Both the position numbers and the translations under genes were made by a program. Positions 29,176-38,142 of a stretch of 64,000 nucleotides of DNA are shown here, piece after piece. Positions within the stretch are counted from its first letter, which is position 1; each line of letters begins with the position of its first letter. A model generated the notes under the pieces. That model had not been told where the DNA came from and did not search any database. It was given only the letters and a program-made list of their open reading frames with translations. This stretch comes from an uncultured Acidobacteriota bacterium (GTDB lineage: Bacteria; Acidobacteriota; Terriglobia; Terriglobales; Acidobacteriaceae): positions 128,079 through 192,078 of the forward strand of contig CAVOLD010000012.1 in NCBI GenBank assembly GCA_963696705.1, written 5' to 3'.

Positions 29176-30360
29176 CTATTGAGGTGATTGCGAAGTGGGT
29201 GGTTGAGAAGCCGGAGGCTGTGGAGCGGCGGGTGATTGCGATGCATCGGGCGGCGATTCCACCACGGGTGTGTTGTCACGGTGCTTCAGTTCGACAGGCC
29301 CGCGATGCTGTCGTCTTGCCTTATCTTCGTCCACAATCTTCCCGTCTACTTTCTGATCACTATCGGCTGCGACTGCGACAAGATTCATCCCTTCCGCAGC
29401 ACGTCGAGTAGCGAGTCCAACCCGCGCGTTAGCGTCCTGCGCCTTACGCGCCCTCTCGTAGAAGAACTCAGCCGTTTCGAGGTCGCCATCCATTTCGGCA
29501 ACATATCCAACATTGTTCAGCGAGAATGCACTGTTGGGATCGAGAGAGTAGGCCTGCAGAAAATCCTGTCGGGCAGCTTGCAAATCATTGTGATTCGTCG
29601 CTGAGACGCCACGCACGTTGAGTAGGGCGGCACGCGCCTGCGCGGTGGACTCGTTTTGCATGCGTTCTTGAAGTTCTTTCGCGTTGCGGGAGGCCATCTC
29701 GCTGACAGGTTTTCCTCTCCATGTCCGGTTCACCGTGACGATAGCGGGTTCTGAAGAACCTGATTTAGCGGCTGCGGTGTAATATTTGAGAGCCTCGTCA
29801 TAGTCGCCGCGAGATTCCAGGGCAACTCCCATATTGTTTAGAGTGAATGGACTTCGAGGATCGAGAGCGAGTGCCTGCTGCAGAACACTCTTTGCCTCGA
29901 GAGCGCGACCCTGGGACAGAAGGCGAATCGCCTCAACATTCATGCGGTTGACCTGCATGGGCGCATCTTTCAGGTTGCCTAATGCCTCCCTCATCGACTT
30001 GCCTTCGAGTGGCTTTGCGCTGGTGCGGTCGATGACTGCGTCGGTAGCTTGTTCCGAAGCCAGACCATAAAGTTTCTGCGCGCGATCCAGTTGACCCTTC
30101 AGTTCAGAAACGTAGCCCAGGTTGTAGAGTGTGAAAGGATCGGCGGGATCGAAAAGGTACGCCTGGTAAAACAGCGTTTCCGCCTTTTCGTATTGTTGCT
30201 TTTGAATTGCCTCAACCCCTTCGCGATTCAGCCGCTGTACTGGCGTGAGATGGCTGTGTTTTGGGAGGTTCAGCGTGATGTCTCCTGCCCGCGCGTTCTG
30301 CGGAACCCACGCTGTGACGAACGCAATTGTTATTACGAGGCTGAGTCGTTTCGTAGACAT
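29176..30360 (-). CDS. secreted TPR-repeat protein with Pro-rich C-terminus
   Basis: Start trimmed to MSTKRLSLVITIAFVTAWVPQNARA (signal peptide). Repeated A..FYQAYL.DP...F.LNNLGYV.E..G units. Confidence 0.8.
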   Translation of the reverse strand: MSTKRLSLVITIAFVTAWVPQNARAGDITLNLPKHSHLTPVQRLNREGVEAIQKQQYEKAETLFYQAYLFDPADPFTLYNLGYVSELKGQLDRAQKLYGLASEQATDAVIDRTSAKPLEGKSMREALGNLKDAPMQVNRMNVEAIRLLSQGRALEAKSVLQQALALDPRSPFTLNNMGVALESRGDYDEALKYYTAAAKSGSSEPAIVTVNRTWRGKPVSEMASRNAKELQERMQNESTAQARAALLNVRGVSATNHNDLQAARQDFLQAYSLDPNSAFSLNNVGYVAEMDGDLETAEFFYERARKAQDANARVGLATRRAAEGMNLVAVAADSDQKVDGKIVDEDKARRQHRGPVELKHRDNTPVVESPPDASQSPAAPQPPASQPPTSQSPQ

Positions 30361-30509
30361 AGTCTCTACAAGTCCAGTTAAGCTCAAATTTGGATGCGCC
30401 AGCCTGTGCAGCGTTGCCCACTAAAACTCGACATTCTTATGGCAAAAGTGAACGTCCAGACCACTGTTTGTCAGCTTCAGACATCGAAGAGACGGGCAAA
30501 ATTCCTACG

Positions 30510-31394
30510 ATGAGCAAAGGTACTCTTATGGGGCGCTTTCTATTTGTTGTGATTCTCAGCGGCGTGGCATTTGCGCAGTCGCCTGCGAACTCGACATTCG
30601 TCGAGGACCCTGGTGATCAGCTCGTATCTAATCCAGCAAGTTCTTCCGCTTTTCTCCCAGATTTGCCAGCGATCCCGAAGGGTAAGAGCACGGTGGTTGG
30701 TGGAGCGATTCGCGATGTGGATGGCGTCCGCGATCAACTCACCCTTAGTATTTTCGGCGCGCGACCGATGAAGGTTCTTTTCGACGAGCGTACGCAAGTC
30801 TATCGTGACGGGCTCAAAGGCTCACTGCGTGATCTGCGCGCCGGTGAACATGTTTCGGTCGAGACGATGTTGGACGGAACGACGATCTTCGCGCGCAGCA
30901 TTCACATGTTGTCGCAGTTGCCGGAGGGGCAGTGCCAAGGGCAGGTGTTGAGTTACGATCGCAGCACCGGGGAACTCGTCGTGCGTGATTCACTCTCTCC
31001 TGCGCCCGTCAAACTGCACGTGTCTTCTGCGACGAAGATTTCGCACCAGGGCCAGGAATCTTCTTCGGGCGATCTGATCCCGGGAACACTGATTTCCGCC
31101 GACTTTCAGGCTGATAACGGAGGAAAGAACGTCGCTCGCAACATCGCGCTGCTTGCGACCCCCGGAAGCGCGTTCGTGTTTAAAGGAAATGTTGTATTTC
31201 TCGACTTGCACTCCGGTCAACTGGCGTTGGTCGATCCACGTGATGACAAGCGATACGAAATATCTTTCGATCCCGACCGCTTCGGAATCAACCACGATGT
31301 GCGCGAGGGAAGCGATGTAACGGTCACGGCAAACTTCGACGGGCAGCACTATTCGGCGAGCGCAGTTAGTTTGAATCCGCCCGTGATTAAATAA
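30510..31394 (+). CDS. secreted protein with three internal ~85-aa beta-rich repeats (DUF5666-like)
   Basis: Start trimmed to MSKGTLMGRFLFVVILSGVAFA. Three units have the form ..G.V..VD...G.L.V.D......V.....T.I......G...DL..G..V.V. Confidence 0.65.
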   Translation: MSKGTLMGRFLFVVILSGVAFAQSPANSTFVEDPGDQLVSNPASSSAFLPDLPAIPKGKSTVVGGAIRDVDGVRDQLTLSIFGARPMKVLFDERTQVYRDGLKGSLRDLRAGEHVSVETMLDGTTIFARSIHMLSQLPEGQCQGQVLSYDRSTGELVVRDSLSPAPVKLHVSSATKISHQGQESSSGDLIPGTLISADFQADNGGKNVARNIALLATPGSAFVFKGNVVFLDLHSGQLALVDPRDDKRYEISFDPDRFGINHDVREGSDVTVTANFDGQHYSASAVSLNPPVIK

Positions 31395-31411
31395 ACCGAT
31401 TTTATTTTCCA

Positions 31412-31470
31412 TTGTCATCTCGAGCGCAGGTCATCCACATACGCGGATGATCCTACGATGTCGAGAAAGC
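31412..31470. other. imperfect palindrome between convergent genes (possible bidirectional terminator or REP-like element)
   Basis: TCTCGA(31418-23)...GGTCATCC-acatacgc-GGATGATCC...TCGAGA(31461-66). The left end, TGTCATCTCGAGCG, resembles the arm of the 61943..62042 element. Confidence 0.35.
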
Positions 31471-31521
31471 TGCTTTTTCGCGCCGCTGGCTAACGACAGG
31501 TCCTCGGGAAGATGGGGAGGA

Positions 31522-33018
31522 TTACGGGAGCTTATTCAGATAACAAGCCCCGTTGGTAGGTTGCACCGGCGTCGTCGGTGGCGTGCTCCAGGGTACATCT
31601 TGAAAGTCGAAAAATTCCGTCATATCCATTTGAGCCGCATCCCGTTTGGTGAGGCTAGGAAGGTTGAAGCGGGTTTCCACCAGCTTAAGCCACGCTGTGT
31701 AGTCGGCGACGGTGTGCGAAACGTAATTCTTTTTCGAGAATGGCGAAATCACGATCAATGGAACCCGATAGCCGGTATAGACGAAATCGCAAGTCGGCCC
31801 AGTGCCTTTGGTGCAAATATCCCCCGGCATGAGGTCGGACGGTTTTATCCCGTCCGGACTGACTGCCGGCTGTGGGGGCACGTGATCGTAGAAACCACCA
31901 AACTCATCGTAAGTAAGAATGAAAACTGAATCCTGCCAGGAGGAACTCTGCGTCAGCGCGTTGATGAGTGTGGAAACATATTGCGACCCGAGCTGCACGC
32001 TTCCGCCCGGCTCACCGTCGTCCAGTCCAGGATGTTCGTCGAGTCCGCTGTCGAATCCCGGATCGATGAAGGCTACCGACGGGAGGGTGTCGTTCGCCAC
32101 ATCTGACAAGAATTGTGAAACCGGCACAATGTTTGTCGGGTACTTGGTGGCTGCAGTGAACATGTTGATCGTGCTGTCTTGAACGGGCGGCGTAGCGTGC
32201 GTCAAGTCCGTGACGTAAACCTTCCACGTAACTCCTGCATTCTGGAGCAAATCAAAAATAGTCTGGTTGGGAAGTGGAGACGTGGGCGGATACACGTGCC
32301 CAGCTGAAGTGGCAGCCAGCATGTAAAGCCGATTCGGCTGGGTTCGCGACATGACTGGCGAAAACCAGCGATCCGACGTAGCAAAATTCGATGCCATGAA
32401 ATAGTAGTAAGGCAGGTCGGTTCCATCGTAGTACGCCATGGCGCGCACGCCGTTCACATCGGTAAAGGGCGGTTGATTTGTTCTGGCGTCATGAGCCGCG
32501 GTCCACACGAACCCGTTCAAACTCGCCGTGGGAGAGAGCGGATCGCTGAGGTTCCAATCCACGTGATCCTCGTTCCATGAGGGACTTGGATTTTCGACGC
32601 ACATCGAAACCATTGGAAAAGACGCGACCTTCGGGCTCTCGCCGCCGATTGTGCAGTCATTCGGGGGGAACGGGAACCTGGGATCGCAGCCAGGATTCGT
32701 GGGCACGGGGCCTTGATGCGGCGCAGCGCCGGAAGCCGGATTGAATTGAGGCAACCCGTCGAAGGATTGGTCCGGAATACTATTGGCGGCCCAGTACTGG
32801 CGCATGGATCCGAAGTAGTGATCGAAGCCACGGTTTTCCTGGGCCATGAAAATTATGTGATTGATGCTCTGCAGGTTGCTGTTCTGGTCGGCTGGGTCCC
32901 CCGCAAGTCCCCGGCATCCACTCCACAGAATCACCAGGCCCGACACCAACACAACTGGCAATATCGGAAACTTGGCTTTGCCATCTTGCAGCCGAGCTAT
33001 GACTTGGCGTGGGAACAT
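31522..33018 (-). CDS. lipoprotein phosphoesterase (phospholipase C / AcpA family), paralog without B-repeats
   Basis: Start trimmed to MFPRQVIARL... with lipobox LWSGC. NHIIFMAQENRGFDHYFG. Long identical stretches with 24126..26876 (TGPTCDFVYTGYRVPLIV, KNYVSHTVAD, RDAAQMDMTEFF, GACYLNKLP). Confidence 0.85.
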   Translation of the reverse strand: MFPRQVIARLQDGKAKFPILPVVLVSGLVILWSGCRGLAGDPADQNSNLQSINHIIFMAQENRGFDHYFGSMRQYWAANSIPDQSFDGLPQFNPASGAAPHQGPVPTNPGCDPRFPFPPNDCTIGGESPKVASFPMVSMCVENPSPSWNEDHVDWNLSDPLSPTASLNGFVWTAAHDARTNQPPFTDVNGVRAMAYYDGTDLPYYYFMASNFATSDRWFSPVMSRTQPNRLYMLAATSAGHVYPPTSPLPNQTIFDLLQNAGVTWKVYVTDLTHATPPVQDSTINMFTAATKYPTNIVPVSQFLSDVANDTLPSVAFIDPGFDSGLDEHPGLDDGEPGGSVQLGSQYVSTLINALTQSSSWQDSVFILTYDEFGGFYDHVPPQPAVSPDGIKPSDLMPGDICTKGTGPTCDFVYTGYRVPLIVISPFSKKNYVSHTVADYTAWLKLVETRFNLPSLTKRDAAQMDMTEFFDFQDVPWSTPPTTPVQPTNGACYLNKLP

Positions 33019-33088
33019 TGCAGGCTCACTTGAGATGGCTTTACGGGACAAAGCGTGGCCCGAACCCTCAGGGCATCGCCGCGTTACC

Positions 33089-33811
33089 CTAGGTTCGGGT
33101 GGTTGCAATGGATTGCGCAGGAGCAGAAAAGGAATGCAAATCGCGGGGAGACAGTTTCTTCAACGCCGCTTCGAGGATCTGATCTGCGGCTTCTGCGACT
33201 GGAAGTGGCGCTATGACTGTCATTCCGCCGCCCATTTCGCTCAGGGTTAGATACGCAGCGCGATTTTGATGGAGAAACTCGACGGGGTACTCGGGCTTGC
33301 GCTCGCGTGCCTTTTCCGGACACGCATCCAACAAATAGGCAATGTCTGGCTGCGGCGTGATCGTTAATAACAGGCGGGCAAACATTCGCGAAATCGGATG
33401 GTCGACTGCGAGGTTCGCGAGTTCGTCGTGAAGATATCTGTCGAAGATGATTACATCGGCACTGGATCTTCGTTGTCTCGCAACGACGAACGAAAGCGAA
33501 ATCGCATCCAGAAAATAAAGCGCAAATCGCACGGCGGTCATGTACCAGGAGCGTACATTCTTGTCCTGCCGGTTCACCGGTTTATCCGGCGCCCCAACGC
33601 CTTTCTCACCTTTGAATAGAGCGTGGCCGCTGAATTCGCGGACGCGGGTAAGCACGGCTACGTCATCCCAGAAAGCTAACAGGGCGACCCCGAAGCCCGC
33701 TTGTTTCAAGCGAGCGACCAGAAGTTCGATCTGCGTGCTTTTGCCAGCTCCGTCAATACCCGAAAAGCTTATAAGTCGGGTGCGGTGATTTCTGGGCGCG
33801 GCGTAAGTCAT
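33089..33811 (-). CDS. thymidylate-kinase-like P-loop protein
   Basis: ISFSGIDGAGKSTQIELLVARLKQAG (Walker A) ...IIFDRYLHD. The dTMP-kinase fold family is often found in glycan clusters. The specific substrate is unknown. Confidence 0.65.
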   Translation of the reverse strand: MTYAAPRNHRTRLISFSGIDGAGKSTQIELLVARLKQAGFGVALLAFWDDVAVLTRVREFSGHALFKGEKGVGAPDKPVNRQDKNVRSWYMTAVRFALYFLDAISLSFVVARQRRSSADVIIFDRYLHDELANLAVDHPISRMFARLLLTITPQPDIAYLLDACPEKARERKPEYPVEFLHQNRAAYLTLSEMGGGMTVIAPLPVAEAADQILEAALKKLSPRDLHSFSAPAQSIATTRT

Positions 33812-33840
33812 AGCGGGTAAAATTTCTCTCGTCCTGGCAG

Positions 33841-34338
33841 CTATCGAGCACCAGGGGGCCGGCTGGGACTGGCGCTCGAAAGCGCGGCAACCGTGCCGAT
33901 GGCAACACCCGCGCCTACCAGAGCACCGACTTTGATCAAGATAGATCGCGTCCGTCGTTGCTTTGCCGGGGCGATGGCAGCTCCGGCTGGATTGGAGGCT
34001 GCAACCCCGGTTGTCTCGACAGATTCCGCTGCCGCCGTGCCCACAGGCTCTTGCGTCCCCTTCGAAGATGATTGTTGCCCATCGGATTGCGGAGTCTGAG
34101 CGGAGGCCTGCAAACGAGCCGAACCGGGACTGTCGGGGAGGGTTGCAGGCTCAGACAGCGCGCCATTCATATTTGTCGCGCGAGTACTCGAGTCGTGCGA
34201 TGGGTCGTTTCCCGACGAAGTCGTGTTCGTCGACTGGCCGGCGCTGCTATCTTGCTGCTGTGCGGTCGCGACAAACGAAGCCAGCGATAACAACACAACG
34301 CAGGTGACAATATCTCGCGTAAGCCCCAACATTCTCAT
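33841..34338 (-). CDS. secreted low-complexity protein with C-terminal glycine-zipper anchor
   Basis: Signal peptide MRMLGLTRDIVTCVVLLSLASFVATA, S/T/Q/A-rich body, C-terminal LIKVGALVGAGVAIGTVAAL. Confidence 0.6.
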   Translation of the reverse strand: MRMLGLTRDIVTCVVLLSLASFVATAQQQDSSAGQSTNTTSSGNDPSHDSSTRATNMNGALSEPATLPDSPGSARLQASAQTPQSDGQQSSSKGTQEPVGTAAAESVETTGVAASNPAGAAIAPAKQRRTRSILIKVGALVGAGVAIGTVAALSSASPSRPPGAR

Positions 34339-34381
34339 GATTCGCTCCAGAGCCAGGTCCCTCTTCCGCCCTCTTCGCGGA

Positions 34382-34810
34382 TCACCCGGCCATCTTCGGA
34401 TTCCGGTAAGCCTCGCTCACTGATGCTGGTGTTGAGAGTCCCGGATCCACAACTTGATCGAAAACATATGCCGGGAATTGGTCGAAACTATTGACAGCGT
34501 CACGGATAGTTTCGAAAATCTCGAAGAGGCCATCCACCCGCGTCAGTTCCAGAATCTCTGCGGCGGCAGCAGGGATCGCGGCGAGTTTGACATCCCCATT
34601 CCGCTTCATAGCCTCCTCCAGGCATTGCAGCAGCACCTGGATGCCGGCACTGTCGAGTTCGCGGACTCTCGAACAATCAAGCACGAGACGAGGACGATCC
34701 ACCGCAAACGAAGGTTCCACATCGAGAAAAAATAAGCGACTTTGTTTAACACTTAACTTCTCAGGCAACTGCTTCACAACCACAGCTCTTGAACCGATCA
34801 TGTTCTCCAT
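34382..34810 (-). CDS. STAS-domain protein (anti-sigma-factor-antagonist fold)
   Basis: Start trimmed to MENMIGSRAVVV. LVLDCSRVRELDSAGIQVLLQCLEEAMKRNGDVKLAAIPAAAAEILELTRVDGLFEIF is a typical SpoIIAA/STAS core. Confidence 0.75.
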   Translation of the reverse strand: MENMIGSRAVVVKQLPEKLSVKQSRLFFLDVEPSFAVDRPRLVLDCSRVRELDSAGIQVLLQCLEEAMKRNGDVKLAAIPAAAAEILELTRVDGLFEIFETIRDAVNSFDQFPAYVFDQVVDPGLSTPASVSEAYRNPKMAG

Positions 34811-34961
34811 CCGGGCTCGAAAAATACCGCTCCTGCTCCCGACTGGGAGCAAAACGGCTAGTACACATTCCCAAATCTAAGTTCATCGCGACGTGGAGTC
34901 TATCCGGTGCTACCTGTAGGGGAGATCGGAGTTTTCATTAGTAAGAAAGCAGGATCGGCGC

Positions 34962-36980
34962 CTAAGAGCTTTGTAGAAGGCGCTGGAGTTCAGCTTCGGC
35001 ATCGTGAACGAGATTGGCCAACCGGTTTGCGCCATAACGGCAAAGCGTCGCCAGATTCGTCTCGTACCAACAGCATTCCGCCATTCTCGGCGAGAGTCCG
35101 CAGAAGAATTTGAACTTTTGCATGGCCTCCGGCGATGCCAGTGTGGCCGCTACCAGCCGATGATTTCCATCGAGGATAGTCAACGGTTCGCTCTCGTTAA
35201 CGCCTATGAGAAGCACGGCGCCGGGTTGGGCATCCTGGCGCAACCAATCGCGTAACGATGTGATTTTCGACAGGAATGTTCTTACGGACACATCGCGACT
35301 GCGGTATGTGCGAATGCGTTCCGCAACTGTTGTGATCCCAAAATTGCCCCGAGCGAGCTTCCGCCACATGGCGCGCGGAAATACGCGAATCTGGGCCAGA
35401 TCTGCCGGCCGGATTTCCACTTCAAACCATTCCGTTCCCTTGGGCAGCTCTTTCCACAGCGGAAGATGTCGAATGAACAACAGGGCACGCCGCTTCGCAT
35501 TTTCCACATCGTCGTCGAGATGTGGTTGCATCACAAGTTCGCGCAGAGATTCCTTATATTCCTCGAAGGCGGAGTTTTCAAAGTCGCTCTTTAAGAACTC
35601 GGCAAGGACTTCATCTTCCGGGACGCGTCGAATTATCCTTATTCCACGAACGGTTGAACTGGACTGCACATTCTCAGACCCGATCAGCGTCTTCCACAGG
35701 AACGGCACTGCGAGCACGATGAGCAGAACCAACATCAGCACAAGCTGTATCCAGATAACTTCTTGCAGCGACGAATGGAAACGGCAAATGCCTGCAACAA
35801 GGACGGCACTGAAGGCCAACTGTACCCAGCTTGTGTTTGCGATCTTGTAGGACATTTCGTAAGCGATGATCACGACGCTAAGCGAATAGACGGCCGTCGT
35901 GGCCGCGTACAATGCCAGCAGATAGGGAAGGCCGTGTTGTCCAGAGATGGCGAACTGCGAGCCAAAGAGAGCAGTCCAAATCCACGCTGGGGACAGCCGC
36001 AGGCCGACGGCGATCACCGAACCGATCCCGAACACCAGCAACAACGAAGTCACCAGGACGCTGTGATCCTTCCTCTGCTCACTGCGAGTGCCCGCCATAA
36101 CTGGAAACATCGTATTTATGATTGCTGAAGAAAAGGCAAAAACCACTCGACCGACCAACGCCACTGCGGCGTACAACCCTGCCGATGTTGGAGGAAAGAA
36201 GTGCTTGACCAGTTCGATGTCACAGTTATTGATAAGCACTTGACCAGCAAAAAAGACGATCGCCTGCAGCGCTTCACGAAAGGCATCGGGCAGATGTAGT
36301 TCGCTTGGAACTCCAGGCGCAAGTTTGGGTGCAGAGGCAAGATAGGCGACCGCGACTCCAGCAGCGTTGGCCGCTATCACCCCGCGAACACCGAAGCCCA
36401 GCCAAATCGCGAGAAGAGATCCGCCGAGCCGTACCAGTCCTTCCAAAACCAGATTGCCAGCCAGACTATGGAAACCGTAAGCACCTTGAATGTAGCCACG
36501 GCGAGTTCCCAGGGGAACGTAGAAAGCGACGCCAACGGCGAGCAGGACAACCAGAATCGGACTGGGTAGATTCAGGTAGCCAGCAATTGCTTTCTGCAAC
36601 ATCAGCAACAAAAGCGCGACGATGATTCCGCACTCCCAGGCGCTTTTGTGGAATCCTCGATAGGCTGTACTTTTTCCCTCCAGGGAACTCTGCTGCGCGA
36701 TAACTTTGGCAGAGACGATTTGGAAGGACAGGGTAACCGCGGATATCAGAATGAGCAGGGTGTAGACGGCGGTCGCGTGGCCAAACGCGGTAGGACCGAG
36801 AAATCGTGCGACCGCAATGTTGTAGGCGAAATTGATTGCAGTCACGAGCCCCGAGCCCGTGAGCAGGATGAAACTTCCCGAAAGAACGCGGGCCTGTAGA
36901 GTCTTCGATTCCGGGCTCAGACGACTCACCGTGTTTTTGGGGCTCCAACCAACTAGGCCGTGAAAATTAATAGGAATCAA
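34962..36980 (-). CDS. MOP-superfamily (Wzx/PelG-like) polysaccharide transporter fused to a C-terminal soluble domain with a ParB/Srx-like DGNHR motif
   Basis: ~430 aa of TM helices (LLTGSGLVTAINFAYNIAVARFLGPTAFG... is typical of a flippase N-terminus). A ~235-aa hydrophilic domain follows, containing AVLLIGVNESEPLTILDGNHRLVAA (Asp codon at 35169..35171). Confidence 0.7.
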   Translation of the reverse strand: MIPINFHGLVGWSPKNTVSRLSPESKTLQARVLSGSFILLTGSGLVTAINFAYNIAVARFLGPTAFGHATAVYTLLILISAVTLSFQIVSAKVIAQQSSLEGKSTAYRGFHKSAWECGIIVALLLLMLQKAIAGYLNLPSPILVVLLAVGVAFYVPLGTRRGYIQGAYGFHSLAGNLVLEGLVRLGGSLLAIWLGFGVRGVIAANAAGVAVAYLASAPKLAPGVPSELHLPDAFREALQAIVFFAGQVLINNCDIELVKHFFPPTSAGLYAAVALVGRVVFAFSSAIINTMFPVMAGTRSEQRKDHSVLVTSLLLVFGIGSVIAVGLRLSPAWIWTALFGSQFAISGQHGLPYLLALYAATTAVYSLSVVIIAYEMSYKIANTSWVQLAFSAVLVAGICRFHSSLQEVIWIQLVLMLVLLIVLAVPFLWKTLIGSENVQSSSTVRGIRIIRRVPEDEVLAEFLKSDFENSAFEEYKESLRELVMQPHLDDDVENAKRRALLFIRHLPLWKELPKGTEWFEVEIRPADLAQIRVFPRAMWRKLARGNFGITTVAERIRTYRSRDVSVRTFLSKITSLRDWLRQDAQPGAVLLIGVNESEPLTILDGNHRLVAATLASPEAMQKFKFFCGLSPRMAECCWYETNLATLCRYGANRLANLVHDAEAELQRLLQSS

Positions 36981-37167
36981 TCTGGGCCTCGCAGGGCTCG
37001 GCGCTGGCTACTGCGAAACTCTGCGCTAGGGAATATTTTCCCTGGCAGCCCTTCTGATGCAGGAAGTAAAGGTCACGCTGCCCGCAAACTGACGAGTTAA
37101 TCAGGAGTTCTCCCTGATTTCGCGACAACCGCAAGCGGGTCCTCTGCCTCTAACGTTGAGCACTTCT

Positions 37168-38139
37168 ATGATCGATCGCTATCGGGTGATTTGTGCACTG
37201 GTTTTTGTCGTGCTGCTGCAGGGATGCACTCAGCCCGTCTTGCGCCAAACGCTCCGCGAGGGCGCTCCGCCTACTGAGGCTTCGCCGCAAATCTTGGCGG
37301 TTTACGAACCCTGGTTTGGTCATCCTCGCCACATCTCCGTCGGTTACTCCTCGCAAGATCCCGCCGTCATTCGCAAACAGATCGATGAAGCAAAGGCGCT
37401 GGGAATTTCTGGATTTGTGGTGGACTGGTACGGTGATCGCGAGCCTTTCATCGATCGCAGCTATGCTCTACTTCAAACGATCGCGGCCGAAAAGAACTTT
37501 CACGTGTCGATGATGTATGACGAGAGCGACCCGGACAACGGAGACGCAACCGACGACACTCTTACTGCCTTTGAGAAATTCGATGCAAGCTATCTTGCAT
37601 CGAACGCCCCCGGTCGCCAGGCTTATCTCACGTACAACGACCGGCCAGTAATCTTTATCTTTCCTAAGGGAGGACACACGGACTGGAACCGGGTGCGGGC
37701 GCTGACCGACAAATGGAACCCTCCACCGTTGCTGATCTACGAAGATCAGGCAACCAACTTCGCATCCGCCTTCGACGGCTTTTACGCATGGATCAACCCG
37801 GGGAGAAAAGGGTGGGCGGCGGATGGCAGCAACTGGGGTGAAGAATATCTTATCGATTTCTATCGCAAAATGGAGACCAAATATCCTGACAAGATCGCCG
37901 TGGGAGCCGCATGGGCAGGCTTCGATGACAGCAAAGCTTCCTGGGGACTTAACCGGCACATGGCGCAACGTTGCGGTGAAACCTTTTCCGACACGATGAA
38001 ATTGTGGCGGCAATACTACAGTGATCGTCCATTGCCCTTCTTGTTGATAGAAACCTGGAACGACTATGAAGAGGGGACGGCAATTGAACGCGGATTAGCC
38101 AAGTGCGGCACTGACTCGCGGCAACCCGCAGGGCAATAA
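37168..38139 (+). CDS. lipoprotein glycoside hydrolase, GH99/GH71-like TIM barrel
   Basis: Lipobox VVLLQGC. AVYEPWFG...GISGFVVDWYG...IETWNDYEEGTAIE resembles GH99 YYPWYG...SFNEWHEGTQIE. The family call is tentative. Confidence 0.55.
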   Translation: MIDRYRVICALVFVVLLQGCTQPVLRQTLREGAPPTEASPQILAVYEPWFGHPRHISVGYSSQDPAVIRKQIDEAKALGISGFVVDWYGDREPFIDRSYALLQTIAAEKNFHVSMMYDESDPDNGDATDDTLTAFEKFDASYLASNAPGRQAYLTYNDRPVIFIFPKGGHTDWNRVRALTDKWNPPPLLIYEDQATNFASAFDGFYAWINPGRKGWAADGSNWGEEYLIDFYRKMETKYPDKIAVGAAWAGFDDSKASWGLNRHMAQRCGETFSDTMKLWRQYYSDRPLPFLLIETWNDYEEGTAIERGLAKCGTDSRQPAGQ

Positions 38140-38142
38140 TCC

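Noticed and set aside
28068-30360. Possible lasso-peptide or RiPP tailoring context because of the NTP_transf_5-like gene
   Set aside because: No Asn-synthetase-like cyclase, transglutaminase-like protease, RRE or plausible precursor ORF is present nearby.
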